64,000 nt of DNA from Sphingobium sp. 66-54 (GTDB lineage Bacteria; Pseudomonadota; Alphaproteobacteria; Sphingomonadales; Sphingomonadaceae). Each line of letters opens with the position of its first letter. Within the stretch, counting starts at the first letter, position 1. The notes under the pieces were generated by a model. The model did no database searches. It was not told the DNA's origin and saw only the letters and a list, made by a program, of their open reading frames with translations. The position numbers were made by a program, and so were the translations under genes. Positions 55,310 through 64,000 of this stretch are shown in pieces. Location: assembly GCA_001899715.1 (NCBI GenBank), contig MKWI01000019.1, positions 6,446 through 70,445 of the forward strand. The letters run 5' to 3'.

Positions 55310-56338
55310 TCAGGGGATCTCTTCCTCGGGCACGAACGGCTCGATATTCTCGATGAGGCAGGCGAAATCATAATCCTCGATGACGTACGCGTCGTTCGAA
55401 GACTGATAATCCTCGATCCGGTCGCGCTCCGGCACATCCTTGATGTGGCGGCGGCGCGCGCCTTCCTGCTCGTAAATCGAGAGGTTGTCGTAGCGGGTGA
55501 TGAGGATCGAGCCCGCCGGGACGTAAGGCACGCGTTCGGCGGGCAGGCCGCCCAGGCGCTTGGTGGAGAGGATCACGTCCCGCGCGAGCTGCTCGGTCGG
55601 GTCGATCGACTGGTTGACGAGCGGAAAATATTTGTCATGCAGCAGGTCGCGGCTGACGATCGCCACCAGCTCGGTATCCTCACTTGCCCAGGAGGGCAGG
55701 AGCTGCGCCACGGCATCATAGACCAGCGCGTCGAGGGTCGCATAGTCGCCGCCCACGCCATAGGTCACCTTGCCGGCCTCGGCGCCCTCGTCCATCACAT
55801 GCGAGGGGCGATCGGTCCGCAGCTTCTGCAGCCAGCCAATATTGACATCCTGCCGGAGCTGGTTGGTCGCCGCATCGCTGGTGGCCGCGTGCGAGGTGCC
55901 GTTGAAGCCGACAAGGATCTTGTCGAGCGCCTGACGGCGGGTGATGAGGTTCTGGATACGCGTCTCGAAATCGGCGAATTTCGCCCACGCGTCCAGCAAC
56001 GCATAGCGCAGGTGGGTGTCCGAGTTGTTCTGGAAGCACTCGTAGGTCACCTTGTCCATGCCGGAGGGCGACGTGGTCTTGCGCGTGCCTTCGCCGGACG
56101 TGTCCGTGGTGGACACCAGCGGCGAACCGACCGAAAGGCCCAGAACCTCGCCCTTCATTTCGAGCACCGGGACGATGTTGATCCGCTGCAGGAACGCGCT
56201 CGATTCCTGCATCTTGTTGATGAGCGTCTGCTGGACGGACGGGTCCACCGAAAATTTGAGGGTGGCGTCGGAGACGCCGTTGAGCAGGGCGATCTGCTCG
56301 GCGAAGGCGTTGAAAAGCTCGCGTGTATCGTTACGCAT
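55310..56338 (-). CDS. N: Major capsid protein N (P2 family)
   Basis: FSVDPSVQQTL, LDAWAKF, QDVNIGWLQK, Y.S.NDAYVIEDY. Confidence 0.96.
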   Translation of the reverse strand: MRNDTRELFNAFAEQIALLNGVSDATLKFSVDPSVQQTLINKMQESSAFLQRINIVPVLEMKGEVLGLSVGSPLVSTTDTSGEGTRKTTSPSGMDKVTYECFQNNSDTHLRYALLDAWAKFADFETRIQNLITRRQALDKILVGFNGTSHAATSDAATNQLRQDVNIGWLQKLRTDRPSHVMDEGAEAGKVTYGVGGDYATLDALVYDAVAQLLPSWASEDTELVAIVSRDLLHDKYFPLVNQSIDPTEQLARDVILSTKRLGGLPAERVPYVPAGSILITRYDNLSIYEQEGARRRHIKDVPERDRIEDYQSSNDAYVIEDYDFACLIENIEPFVPEEEIP

Positions 56339-56382
56339 GATTGGCTCCGGTCAGATGAGGCGCGCGCGGAAATTGGGGTGGA

Positions 56383-57270
56383 TCAGCACTCGGCGCGGGC
56401 GCGACCGTTGCCGCCGCTGGCGGCGGGGCGTGACATATGGCCGGTGGCCGGCGTCTTCTCGATCTTCGCCTGCAGGGCGGAGAAATCCTCCGCCATCTTG
56501 GCGATGCGGGTATCCTGCGCGGCAAAGCCCTTCTGGATACCCTCGGTCAGCTTGGTGATTTGCTCACCGAAACCGGAAACGAAGGCCGCGATCTGCGCAT
56601 TGGCGTTGGCCGAAAGGTCGGCGCCGCTGCCGCCGGTGGGTGGCGTGCCGAGAACCGGCTGCTGCTGTTGCGGTTGCTGCGCAGGCTGCTGCGCCGGCGG
56701 CGCCTTGCCGAATTCGGCAAAGAAGCTCTTGATGCCCGCCAGCACGCCGCCGGCGATATCGGAGGCGGGCGTGCCGGCCTCGAAGCTAAGGGCGATCGGC
56801 TCTTCCTCGACCTGCAGGAGATTGTCCTTCCGCTTCTCGTCCCGGCTGAATTTCAGCACTTCGGTGCCGAGCGAAGCGGGGGAATCGGTGAAGGCGAGGC
56901 CGACCAGATAGGCTTTGCCGGTCTGCGCGAAATTGGGGTGGATCTCGACGCTCGAATAGAGCTTCTGCCCGGCCTCGTTATAGGCCCTGGCCTGATCCGT
57001 CACGTCGAGCTGGGCGAACAGCGCCAGCTTCTTCTCGGTCTTGCCGCCAATCGCAAGGTCGATTTCCTCGGCCTTGACCGCGTCGACCGTCCCCCAGGCG
57101 TTGAAAGGCGCCTCGGGCGAGAAACCGCGCAGATGCTCGCAGTTGATCCGCGCGGCATAGGTGGCGGTGTTGTAGCTGTCCGCCATCTGCTGGATCTGGT
57201 CGCGGGTGATTTCCCGCCCGTCGACGGTGGCGCCCTCTACGGCAACGCGGAAATACTGGGTTTTCGCCAT
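56383..57270 (-). CDS. O: Capsid scaffolding protein O
   Basis: FRVAVEGATVDGR.I, INCEH, YLVGLAFTDSPASLGTE. Confidence 0.95.
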   Translation of the reverse strand: MAKTQYFRVAVEGATVDGREITRDQIQQMADSYNTATYAARINCEHLRGFSPEAPFNAWGTVDAVKAEEIDLAIGGKTEKKLALFAQLDVTDQARAYNEAGQKLYSSVEIHPNFAQTGKAYLVGLAFTDSPASLGTEVLKFSRDEKRKDNLLQVEEEPIALSFEAGTPASDIAGGVLAGIKSFFAEFGKAPPAQQPAQQPQQQQPVLGTPPTGGSGADLSANANAQIAAFVSGFGEQITKLTEGIQKGFAAQDTRIAKMAEDFSALQAKIEKTPATGHMSRPAASGGNGRARAEC

Positions 57271-57346
57271 GTTGAGGCTCCTTGGCGGTCGGCGTGAATG
57301 TGCCGCCATTCGCCGTTCCCGCCGGGGCAAAAACAACCGCCTCTCA

Positions 57347-57367
57347 TTGTGAGAGCGCCTATCACAA
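57347..57367. promoter_or_regulatory. Late-activator box 3 (bidirectional: O and P)
   Basis: TTGTGA-N9-TCACAA between the divergent O and P genes. Confidence 0.87.
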
Positions 57368-57415
57368 ATGTTGCACGGCGAAGCAGGGCGGCGGCTGTCG
57401 CATCGTCCGGCGGCC

Positions 57416-59233
57416 ATGGACGCCCCCGTCATCCCTGTGCCCGAGGCAATTCCTTACGACGCCAGGCGCATCGCCCGCGCTTATTACTGGCGGGGCTGGG
57501 ACGTGACGAACATCGCCGGGGCGCTGAACCTCAAGCGCTCGACGGTGCAGAGCTGGAAGGACCGGGACGGGTGGGACAATGATCCGGTCATTCGCCGGGT
57601 CGAAGATAGCTGCGAGATGCGGCTCAATCAGCTCATCTTCAAAGAGGACAAGACCGGCAAGGATTTCAAGGAAATCGACCTGCTCGGCCGCCAGATCGAG
57701 CGCATGGCGCGAGTGCGCCGCTATGGCGAACCGGGCGGGCACGAGGGCGACCTCAACGAGAAGGTGGCGAACCGCAACGCCGGGCCGAAAAAGCCGAAAA
57801 CGCCGCCGAACACCATTACCCGTGAGGATTTCGCCAAGATCAAGGCGGCGTTTCTCGATTGTCTGTTCGGGCATCAGGAGACGTGGTGGGCGAATATCAG
57901 CCGGCGCACGCGGTTCCTGCTCAAGAGCCGCCAGATCGGCGCGACCTTCTACTTCGCGCGCGAAGCTTTCATCCGCGCGATGGAGACCGGCAACAACCAG
58001 ATCTTCATTTCGGCAAGCCGGGCGCAGGCCAATATCTTCCGGCAATATATCGTCGAGTTCGTTTTCGAGCAGACGGGCAAGATGCTCAAGGGCGATCCGC
58101 TGATCGTCCATCGCGGGTGGGAGGATGAGGGCGGCGAGCCGGCGCAGCCCGTCACCTTCTATTTTCTCGGCACGAACTACCGCACGGCGCAGGGCTATCA
58201 CGGCGACGTGTATCTGGACGAAGTGTTCTGGATCTACGGTTTCGAGCAGATCAACAAGGTCGCATCGGCCATCGCCACCCAGGCGCGCTACCACAAAACC
58301 TATTTCTCGACGCCGTCCACCGTGGCGCACGAGGCCTATGCCATGTGGACAGGCGAGCGCTACAACCGCAAGCGCGAGCGCAAGGAGCAGATCAAGCTCG
58401 ACACTAGCCATAGCGCCATCGCCATGGGGTCGCTCGGCCCCGATCGCATCTGGCGCCACATCGTCACGCTGGACGACGCCATTGCCGGCGGCTTCGACCT
58501 GATCGACCGGGACGAACTGGAGCTGGAATATTCGCAGGACGAGTTTGACAATCTCTTCCTCTGCCAGTTCGTCGACGACAGCCAGTCGAGCTTTCCGCTG
58601 GCGCTGCTGCGCCCCTGCATGGTCGATAGCTGGGATGTCTGGAAGGACTTCCACCCCTACGACCTCATGCCGTTCGGCGAGGGCGAAGTGTGGATCGGTT
58701 ATGATCCGGCCGAGAGCGCGGACGGCGACAACGCCAGTTGCGTCGTCGTGGCGCCACCGGCGGGCGGCAAGGGCAAGTTCCGCGTGCTGGAGAAATTCCA
58801 GTGGAAGGGCAAGGATTTCGAGGCGCAAGCCGAGGAGATCAAGAAGCTGACCCGCAAATATCGCGTGACGGAAATCGCGATCGACAGCACGGGTATGGGC
58901 ACGGCCGTGCATCAGCTCGTGGTCAAATTCTTCCCGATGGCGCGGCGCATCGACTATTCGCCGCTGGTCAAGACCCAGATGGTGCTCAAGGCAAAGAACG
59001 TCTTCGCCAAGCGCCGCATCGAGTTTGACGCGGGGTGGAGCGATCTGGCGGCGGCGCTGATGTCGATCCATCCGCAGCTCACCAAGGGACAGAAGCAACT
59101 CACCTATGTCGCGCGGCGCAGCGAGGCGACCGGCCACGGCGATCTCGCCTGGGCGCTGCTGCATGCCCTGTATTGCGAGCCGATGGACGGCCTGATCACG
59201 CACGGAAAATCCAGAATGGAGATATTGGGATGA
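57416..59233 (+). CDS. P: Terminase ATPase subunit P
   Basis: N-terminal HTH, LKSRQIGAT Walker A, YLDE, GYDP, H.DLAWA. Confidence 0.96.
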   Translation: MDAPVIPVPEAIPYDARRIARAYYWRGWDVTNIAGALNLKRSTVQSWKDRDGWDNDPVIRRVEDSCEMRLNQLIFKEDKTGKDFKEIDLLGRQIERMARVRRYGEPGGHEGDLNEKVANRNAGPKKPKTPPNTITREDFAKIKAAFLDCLFGHQETWWANISRRTRFLLKSRQIGATFYFAREAFIRAMETGNNQIFISASRAQANIFRQYIVEFVFEQTGKMLKGDPLIVHRGWEDEGGEPAQPVTFYFLGTNYRTAQGYHGDVYLDEVFWIYGFEQINKVASAIATQARYHKTYFSTPSTVAHEAYAMWTGERYNRKRERKEQIKLDTSHSAIAMGSLGPDRIWRHIVTLDDAIAGGFDLIDRDELELEYSQDEFDNLFLCQFVDDSQSSFPLALLRPCMVDSWDVWKDFHPYDLMPFGEGEVWIGYDPAESADGDNASCVVVAPPAGGKGKFRVLEKFQWKGKDFEAQAEEIKKLTRKYRVTEIAIDSTGMGTAVHQLVVKFFPMARRIDYSPLVKTQMVLKAKNVFAKRRIEFDAGWSDLAAALMSIHPQLTKGQKQLTYVARRSEATGHGDLAWALLHALYCEPMDGLITHGKSRMEILG

Positions 59234-60276
59234 GCGGCAACAACCTCGACGTGAAAACGGCGGGCGGCCTCCAGATGTTCAGCTTCGGCGATGCGGAGAG
59301 CGTGCTCAACCGGCGCGAGCTGCTCGCCCATGTTGAATGCATGTGGACCGGCCGTTGGTATGAGCCGCCGGTGCCGCTCAAGGCGCTGGCGCGCTGCTAC
59401 CGGATCTCGCCGCACCATTCGAGCGCGATCGTGGTCAAGCGCAACCTGCTGCTCAAGCATTTTCGGCCGTCCAAATGGCTCAATCGCACCGATTTCGGCA
59501 AGTTCGTGCTGGATTATCTGGTGATGGGCAATGCCTATCTGGAGCGGGTCGATAATATCATCGGCCGGCCGATGACGCTCAAGCACAGCCTCTCGCTCTA
59601 TACGCGGCGGGGGAAGGGGGAAGGGGAGTTCTACTTCCTGCCCAACGGCACCGCCGGGGCTTGGGGTGCGCTCGGCCAGGCGCATCCGTTTGCGGAGGGC
59701 AGTGTCTGCCATCTTGCCGAGCCGGACGTGGCGCAGGAGATTTATGGCCTGCCGGAGTATCTCTCGGCCCTGCAATCGGCCTTTCTGAACGAAAATGCGA
59801 CGCTGTTCCGCCGGCGCTATTATCTGAACGGCGCGCATGCCGGCTTCGTCTTCTACCTCAACGAGCCGAGCATGGACCCCAATGACGTGGAGAGCATCCG
59901 TGAGGCACTGCGCGGCGCGCGCGGGCCGGGGAATTTTCGCAATCTGTTCATCAATGCGCCAGGCGGCAAGAAGGATGGCGTGCAGATCATCCCGATCAGC
60001 GAGGTGGCCGCAAAGGATGAGTTCCTCGGCATCAAGGGCACCACGCGCGATGATATCCTCGCGGCGCACCGTGTTCCGCCCCAGCTCATCGGCGTGATTC
60101 CGCAGAACAACGGTGGCTTCGGTGACGTTGGCAAGGCCAATAACGTGTTTTTCGGCAACGAGATCGTGCCGATCCAGATGCGCATGCTCGAAATCAACGA
60201 CTGGCTCGGCGCGGAGGCCGTGGCGTTCGATGCATATCAGCCCTCCGCCGGCGCGGCGGCCAGCAACACCCCGTAA
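59230..60276 (+). CDS. Q: Portal protein Q
   Basis: FSFGD.E, WYEPP, YGLPEY, FRRRYY.NGAHAG, AHRVPP.L.G. Confidence 0.96.
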   Translation: MSGNNLDVKTAGGLQMFSFGDAESVLNRRELLAHVECMWTGRWYEPPVPLKALARCYRISPHHSSAIVVKRNLLLKHFRPSKWLNRTDFGKFVLDYLVMGNAYLERVDNIIGRPMTLKHSLSLYTRRGKGEGEFYFLPNGTAGAWGALGQAHPFAEGSVCHLAEPDVAQEIYGLPEYLSALQSAFLNENATLFRRRYYLNGAHAGFVFYLNEPSMDPNDVESIREALRGARGPGNFRNLFINAPGGKKDGVQIIPISEVAAKDEFLGIKGTTRDDILAAHRVPPQLIGVIPQNNGGFGDVGKANNVFFGNEIVPIQMRMLEINDWLGAEAVAFDAYQPSAGAAASNTP

Positions 60277-60420
60277 CCAGCGGGGGAGCGGGCGCTGCAA
60301 CGCCCGCCCCAGGCAACATCTCCTTGTCTCAAGCCATGAGGGTGCATGCGCCCTCGACTCGCCCGCTCACCCTGCAGGGCGGCGAGAACGTCTAGTGAAC
60401 GAAAGCAAGGAGTCGAGTCT

Positions 60421-61215
60421 GTGTTATTGGAACCCGTGGCACCCGTTCGCCCTATCGCCGCATGGATCGGCGGTAAGCGCAAGCTGGCCAAGCGCCTGGT
60501 CGCGCGCATCAACGCGATCGAGCATGACAGCTATGTCGAGCCGTTTGTGGGCATGGGCGGCGTCTTCCTGCGCCGCGATCATCGCCCGCCCTGCGAGGTC
60601 ATCAACGACTGGAGCGAGGATGTGTCGACGCTCTTTCGCGTGATCCAGCGCCATTTCGTTGCCTTCACCGAAATGGTCCGCTTCCAGATCAGTTCACGCG
60701 CGAATTTCGAGAAGCTGGTGGCGACGGATCCGCGCACCCTGACCGATCTGGAACGCTCGGCGCGCTTCCTCTACCTGCAGCGCCTCGCCTTCGGCGGGAT
60801 GGTCTCGGTAAGGCGGTTCGGAACATCGCCGGGGGTGGGGGCGCGCTTTGATGTGACCAAGGTCGCTCCGATGATCGAAGCGCTTCATGAGCGCCTGGCC
60901 GGCGTCACTATTGAGCGGCTGCCATGGCAGTCACTCATTGCGCGATGGGATCGGCCCGGCACACTTTTCTATCTCGATCCACCCTATCATGGCTCCGAGC
61001 GAGATTATGGCGCGGACATGTTCGGCCGCGACCAGTTCGCGGAGATGGCGGCTCAACTCGCCAGCATCCGTGGCCGCTTCATCATGAGCATCAACGACCA
61101 TCCCGAGATCCGCGAGCTGTTCGCGCGATTCTCGATCGAGGAAGCCGAAACCAGTTACACGGTCGGCGGCCAGGCCAAGGCCAAGACTGTCCGCGAGCTG
61201 ATTATCACGGGCTGA
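60421..61215 (+). CDS. D12-class DNA adenine methylase (Dam-like)
   Basis: WIGGK, YVEPFVGMGGVF, FYLDPPY; GTG start after AAGGAG. Confidence 0.9.
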   Translation: MLLEPVAPVRPIAAWIGGKRKLAKRLVARINAIEHDSYVEPFVGMGGVFLRRDHRPPCEVINDWSEDVSTLFRVIQRHFVAFTEMVRFQISSRANFEKLVATDPRTLTDLERSARFLYLQRLAFGGMVSVRRFGTSPGVGARFDVTKVAPMIEALHERLAGVTIERLPWQSLIARWDRPGTLFYLDPPYHGSERDYGADMFGRDQFAEMAAQLASIRGRFIMSINDHPEIRELFARFSIEEAETSYTVGGQAKAKTVRELIITG

Positions 61216-61384
61216 CACAGCCCCGCAGGGCGGCCGCAGAGCGCGCGGCCGCCCGCCATCCCCCCCGCGCATCATCGCATCGCCCAGACGCGCCCCAGCG
61301 GGGCGCCAGCGCCGCCCTGCGCCCATCGCCAACCCCCAGCGCCCACCCGCCGGGGGCCTCGCCACGTCGACCCCGCGCGCCGCG

Positions 61385-61403
61385 CTTGGCTCCCCCCCTC
61401 GCC
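61385..61403 (-). other. Candidate cos site
   Basis: Minus strand GGCGAGGGGGGGAGCCAAG resembles the P2 cohesive end GGCGAGGCGGGGAAAGCAC (13/19, P2 sequence from memory); lies downstream of portal. Confidence 0.55.
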
Positions 61404-61580
61404 TGCACGCTTACCCTGTCGCATTTGACGCATCGGCCCACTTTCGATGCGGCCAGCGTGCCCGCCCCATAGACCTTGTTTCGAACGGGTGGCGCTGTGA
61501 CGCGGTCAAACGCGGGTCGCTGCTATTCAGCGCGGCGCGGAATTTTGCGCGGACGCATTGATGCGAAGGGGAGGGGCATC

Positions 61581-61836
61581 GGGGAAAACCTAATATTCCT
61601 GATCTCTATCAGCTACTTATACCAACCGACTGATAACGCTGAAAAAAAATGTTAGGTTGCGGACCTAATATCTTCTCACATTTCGAGGCCGGTTTTCTCA
61701 TCTCACTGATATTAAAGAGATTTTCTAATCATAAATATTAGATTGAATGAACCTAATCTGGTGAGATTTAGGTGAGAAAAATGTTAGGTCAGAAATGGCG
61801 GAAATCCGCCAATGTTAGGAATATTAGGTTTTTCCC
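61581..61836. repeat. AT-rich iteron array, candidate replication origin
   Basis: 8 exact CCTAA/TTAGG cores, AATGTTAGG x3, 19/20 terminal inverted repeat. Confidence 0.55.
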
Positions 61837-61970
61837 ACGCTCTCCCTGAACATTTTTCGGGTAGGGCGATGCGTGTAACAATGAGGTCTATTTCACTCTC
61901 ATGTTGGTGAGACTTCATTGCCAGTGACTATGCGAGCGGGAGAAACTGCAGGTGGCGGGCGAGGGGAGAG

Positions 61971-62020
61971 TGTGCCCGAAAGTGTGTCCTGACTGTGCCC
62001 GGATGTGCCTTTCCGTGCCG
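61971..62020. repeat. Integrase arm-type sites (right)
   Basis: TGTGCCC 61971, TGTGTCC 61983, TGTGCCC 61994, TGTGCCT 62004, CGTGCCG 62014. Confidence 0.65.
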
Positions 62021-62037
62021 CTTTGTTCCACTTTGCG

Positions 62038-62064
62038 TTGACAGGCTTAGGGCTCTAACATAGC
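62038..62064 (+). promoter_or_regulatory. Phage-supplied tRNA promoter
   Basis: TTGACAGGC-N12-CATAGC, 32 nt before the tRNA, same geometry as 23092-23118. Confidence 0.72.
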
Positions 62065-62096
62065 GGGATCGACGGAAATCAGCAGATTTCGAATGC

Positions 62097-62173
62097 GCGC
62101 CCGTAGCTCAGCCGGATAGAGCATCAGATTCCTAATCTGGGGGCCACAGGTTCGAATCCTGTCGGGCGCACCA
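62097..62173 (+). tRNA. tRNA-Arg(CCT), includes the attR core
   Basis: Full cloverleaf: GCGCCCG/CGGGCGC acceptor, TAGCTCAG..GGATAGAGC D arm, anticodon CCT, GGTTCGAATCC T arm, encoded CCA. Confidence 0.97.
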
Positions 62174-62448
62174 TTTCCATCTTAATAAGCAGGCGCGGGG
62201 AGGCCGGATCTCCGCCCGCCGATGGAGGCCGCTTTACAGCGCCGATCCCGATTTTAACGCGATTTAAGCATGCGGCGCATAAGGCCATCCTCATAGGGCG
62301 GGGCGCGGGAGCATTCTGCACGGCTGATCGGGCGCTTTGCCTCGGTCTGCCGCGCGGAACCCCATCAGGCCCCGAGCTTGGAATGCGTTCGATTGACTTG
62401 GCCCAAAGGCAGATGTCATAGCCCCGGCGCGCAGGACGGAGACAGATT

Positions 62449-63540
62449 TTGGCGATCAACGTTGCGGTGATAGGCCTTGGCAAAATGGGTCTATCCCATC
62501 TGGCCATCGTGAATGCGCTTGAGGATTTCAAAGTTACCGCGATTTGCGATTCCGCTGCCCTGGTGGGCCAGGTCATCGAGAAATACGGCCACATGCGCTA
62601 CGTCGCCAAATATGACGACGTTCTGGCGCTGCCGGACCTCCACGCGATTATCATCGCCACGCCGACGACCGCTCACGCGCCCATGGTGCGGCAGGCGCTG
62701 GACCGGGGTCTGCACGTCTTCTGCGAGAAGCCGCTGACGCTGACCGCGAGCGAAAGCGAGGCGCTGGCCGAGCTGGCCGCGAGCAAGGGCCTGATTGCCC
62801 AGGTCGGCTATCACAATCGCTTCATCGGCACGTTCAACGAGGTGAAAAGGCTGATCGAGCAAGGCGCGCTCGGCCGCGTCACCCATGTGCAGGCGGAGGC
62901 TTATGGGCCCGTCGTGCTCAAGCCCTCCAAGCCGACATGGCGGGGCAAGGCGGGGCAGGGGGGCGGTTGCCTCTACGATTATGCCGCGCACCCGCTCAAT
63001 CTGGTGAACTGGTATTTCGGCCAGCCGGAGAGCTGCACCGGCGCTCTGCTCAAGAGCGGGTTTTCAGCCGAGGTCGACGACGAGGTTTATGCCACGCTGA
63101 GCTTTGCTGGCGGCGTGACCGCACAGCTCTCGGTCAACTGGTCCGACGCCTCTGTGCGCAAGATGACCACCCGTATCTCGATCTGGGGTGAGGGGGGCAA
63201 GATCTTTGCGGACCGGCAGGAAGTGCAGGTGTTCCTCACCGGAAACGCGCCCATTCCCGAGGGCTATGGCGAGGGCTGGACGGTCCGATACATCACCGAG
63301 CTGACCCCGCCGGTAAGCTTCTACCTGCGCGGCGAGGAATATAGCGCCCAGCTTGAAAGTTTCGGCCGCGCCATTCGCGGCATCGAGGCACGCGCCGGCA
63401 ATGATTTCGCGTCGGCGGCGGAGACGGATGCGACGATCGAGATGATCCGCGCCGTCGCGCTCGGTGAGCGTTTCACAGGCGCGGTCATGGCTCAGCCGCG
63501 CCGTTCCGCGGGTATGCTCGGAAGGTTGCTGGGGCGATGA
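62449..63540 (+). CDS. Gfo/Idh/MocA family oxidoreductase
   Basis: VIGLGKMG, IATP, HVFCEKP, GGGCLYD..H; TTG start. Confidence 0.9.
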   Translation: MAINVAVIGLGKMGLSHLAIVNALEDFKVTAICDSAALVGQVIEKYGHMRYVAKYDDVLALPDLHAIIIATPTTAHAPMVRQALDRGLHVFCEKPLTLTASESEALAELAASKGLIAQVGYHNRFIGTFNEVKRLIEQGALGRVTHVQAEAYGPVVLKPSKPTWRGKAGQGGGCLYDYAAHPLNLVNWYFGQPESCTGALLKSGFSAEVDDEVYATLSFAGGVTAQLSVNWSDASVRKMTTRISIWGEGGKIFADRQEVQVFLTGNAPIPEGYGEGWTVRYITELTPPVSFYLRGEEYSAQLESFGRAIRGIEARAGNDFASAAETDATIEMIRAVALGERFTGAVMAQPRRSAGMLGRLLGR

Positions 63541-64000
63541 TCGACACCGTACGCAGCACATCCCGGCTGGGCTTCGGAAGCTGGCAGCAATCCCGGCTCA
63601 TGAATGCCTGGGTCGACAGCCTGACCGTGCAGGAAATCGTCGAGCGGCTGGACGAGGATATTCTGTTCACCCTCAACCCGGATCATCTCTACCATCTCCA
63701 GCGCAATCCGGACTTCGCCGTCGCCTATACGCAGGCGACCATGGTCTCGTCGGACAGCAAATATGTCTATTGGGCGCTTGGGTTGCTTGGCCGGCGGATC
63801 AAGCAGAAATCCTCGGGTTCGGACATCGTCCCGGCCTATTGGCGCCATCATGCCGCCAATCCGGCGGTGCGCATCTTCCTGCTCGGCGCCCGGCCGGGCA
63901 TCGCCCGCATGGCACAGGAGCGGATCAACGGTATCTGCGGCCGCGAGGTCGTCGTGGGCGCGCATGGGCCATCGTTCAATTTCGTGAACGATGAAGCGGA
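63537..64000 (+). CDS. WecB/TagA/CpsF glycosyltransferase (3' truncated by window)
   Basis: TLNPDH, SGSD, IFLLGA, VVGAHGPSF. Confidence 0.85.
   Translation, partial: MIDTVRSTSRLGFGSWQQSRLMNAWVDSLTVQEIVERLDEDILFTLNPDHLYHLQRNPDFAVAYTQATMVSSDSKYVYWALGLLGRRIKQKSSGSDIVPAYWRHHAANPAVRIFLLGARPGIARMAQERINGICGREVVVGAHGPSFNFVNDEA

Larger units (their letters stand above)
23151..62135. mobile_element. P2/phiCTX-like prophage, ~39 kb, apparently complete
   Basis: att direct repeats, integrase/xis, primase, ogr, cI/cro, full P2-type head and contractile-tail gene set, lysis cassette. Confidence 0.96.

Noticed and set aside
46351-57374. Invertible segment bounded by 30-bp inverted repeats
   Set aside because: The repeats are the late-activator boxes with fixed promoter geometry, and no serine or tyrosine invertase is present; rare RecA-mediated flipping is not excluded.
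61581-61836. MITE or CRISPR array
   Set aside because: No target-site duplication around the terminal IR, many internal short iterons, no regular repeat-spacer units and no cas genes.

Overview
GC-rich alphaproteobacterial chromosome segment, most likely Sphingomonadaceae (inferred from gene content, Flp pilins and a PEPxxWA-CTERM gene). 1-23.1 kb and 62.2-64 kb are host genes: korB, cfa-like methyltransferase, patatin, radA, cvpA, Kef antiporter, aroB/aroK, xerD, accA, M48 protease, two Flp pilins, mutT, comF, grxC, nitrilase, oxidoreductase, WecB/TagA transferase. 23.15-62.14 kb is an apparently complete ~39 kb P2/phiCTX-like prophage in tRNA-Arg(CCT). Highlights: (1) the prophage restores the 5' half of the tRNA and supplies a promoter with the same geometry as the host one; (2) a CI repressor lacking an S24 peptidase faces a convergent Cys-rich gene under a perfect alphaproteobacterial LexA box, a candidate new SOS antirepressor switch; (3) a Zn-ribbon-GapR-FtsK-gamma fusion; (4) three copies of a late-activator box, one driving an inverted operon with a 1278-aa FN3/cadherin/putative glycoside hydrolase protein plus the lysis genes; (5) a PEP-CTERM moron, a BrnTA module, three orphan methyltransferases, a WYL-like insertion in gpS and an iteron-rich candidate origin. 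All family calls come from by-eye motif recognition; no searches were run.
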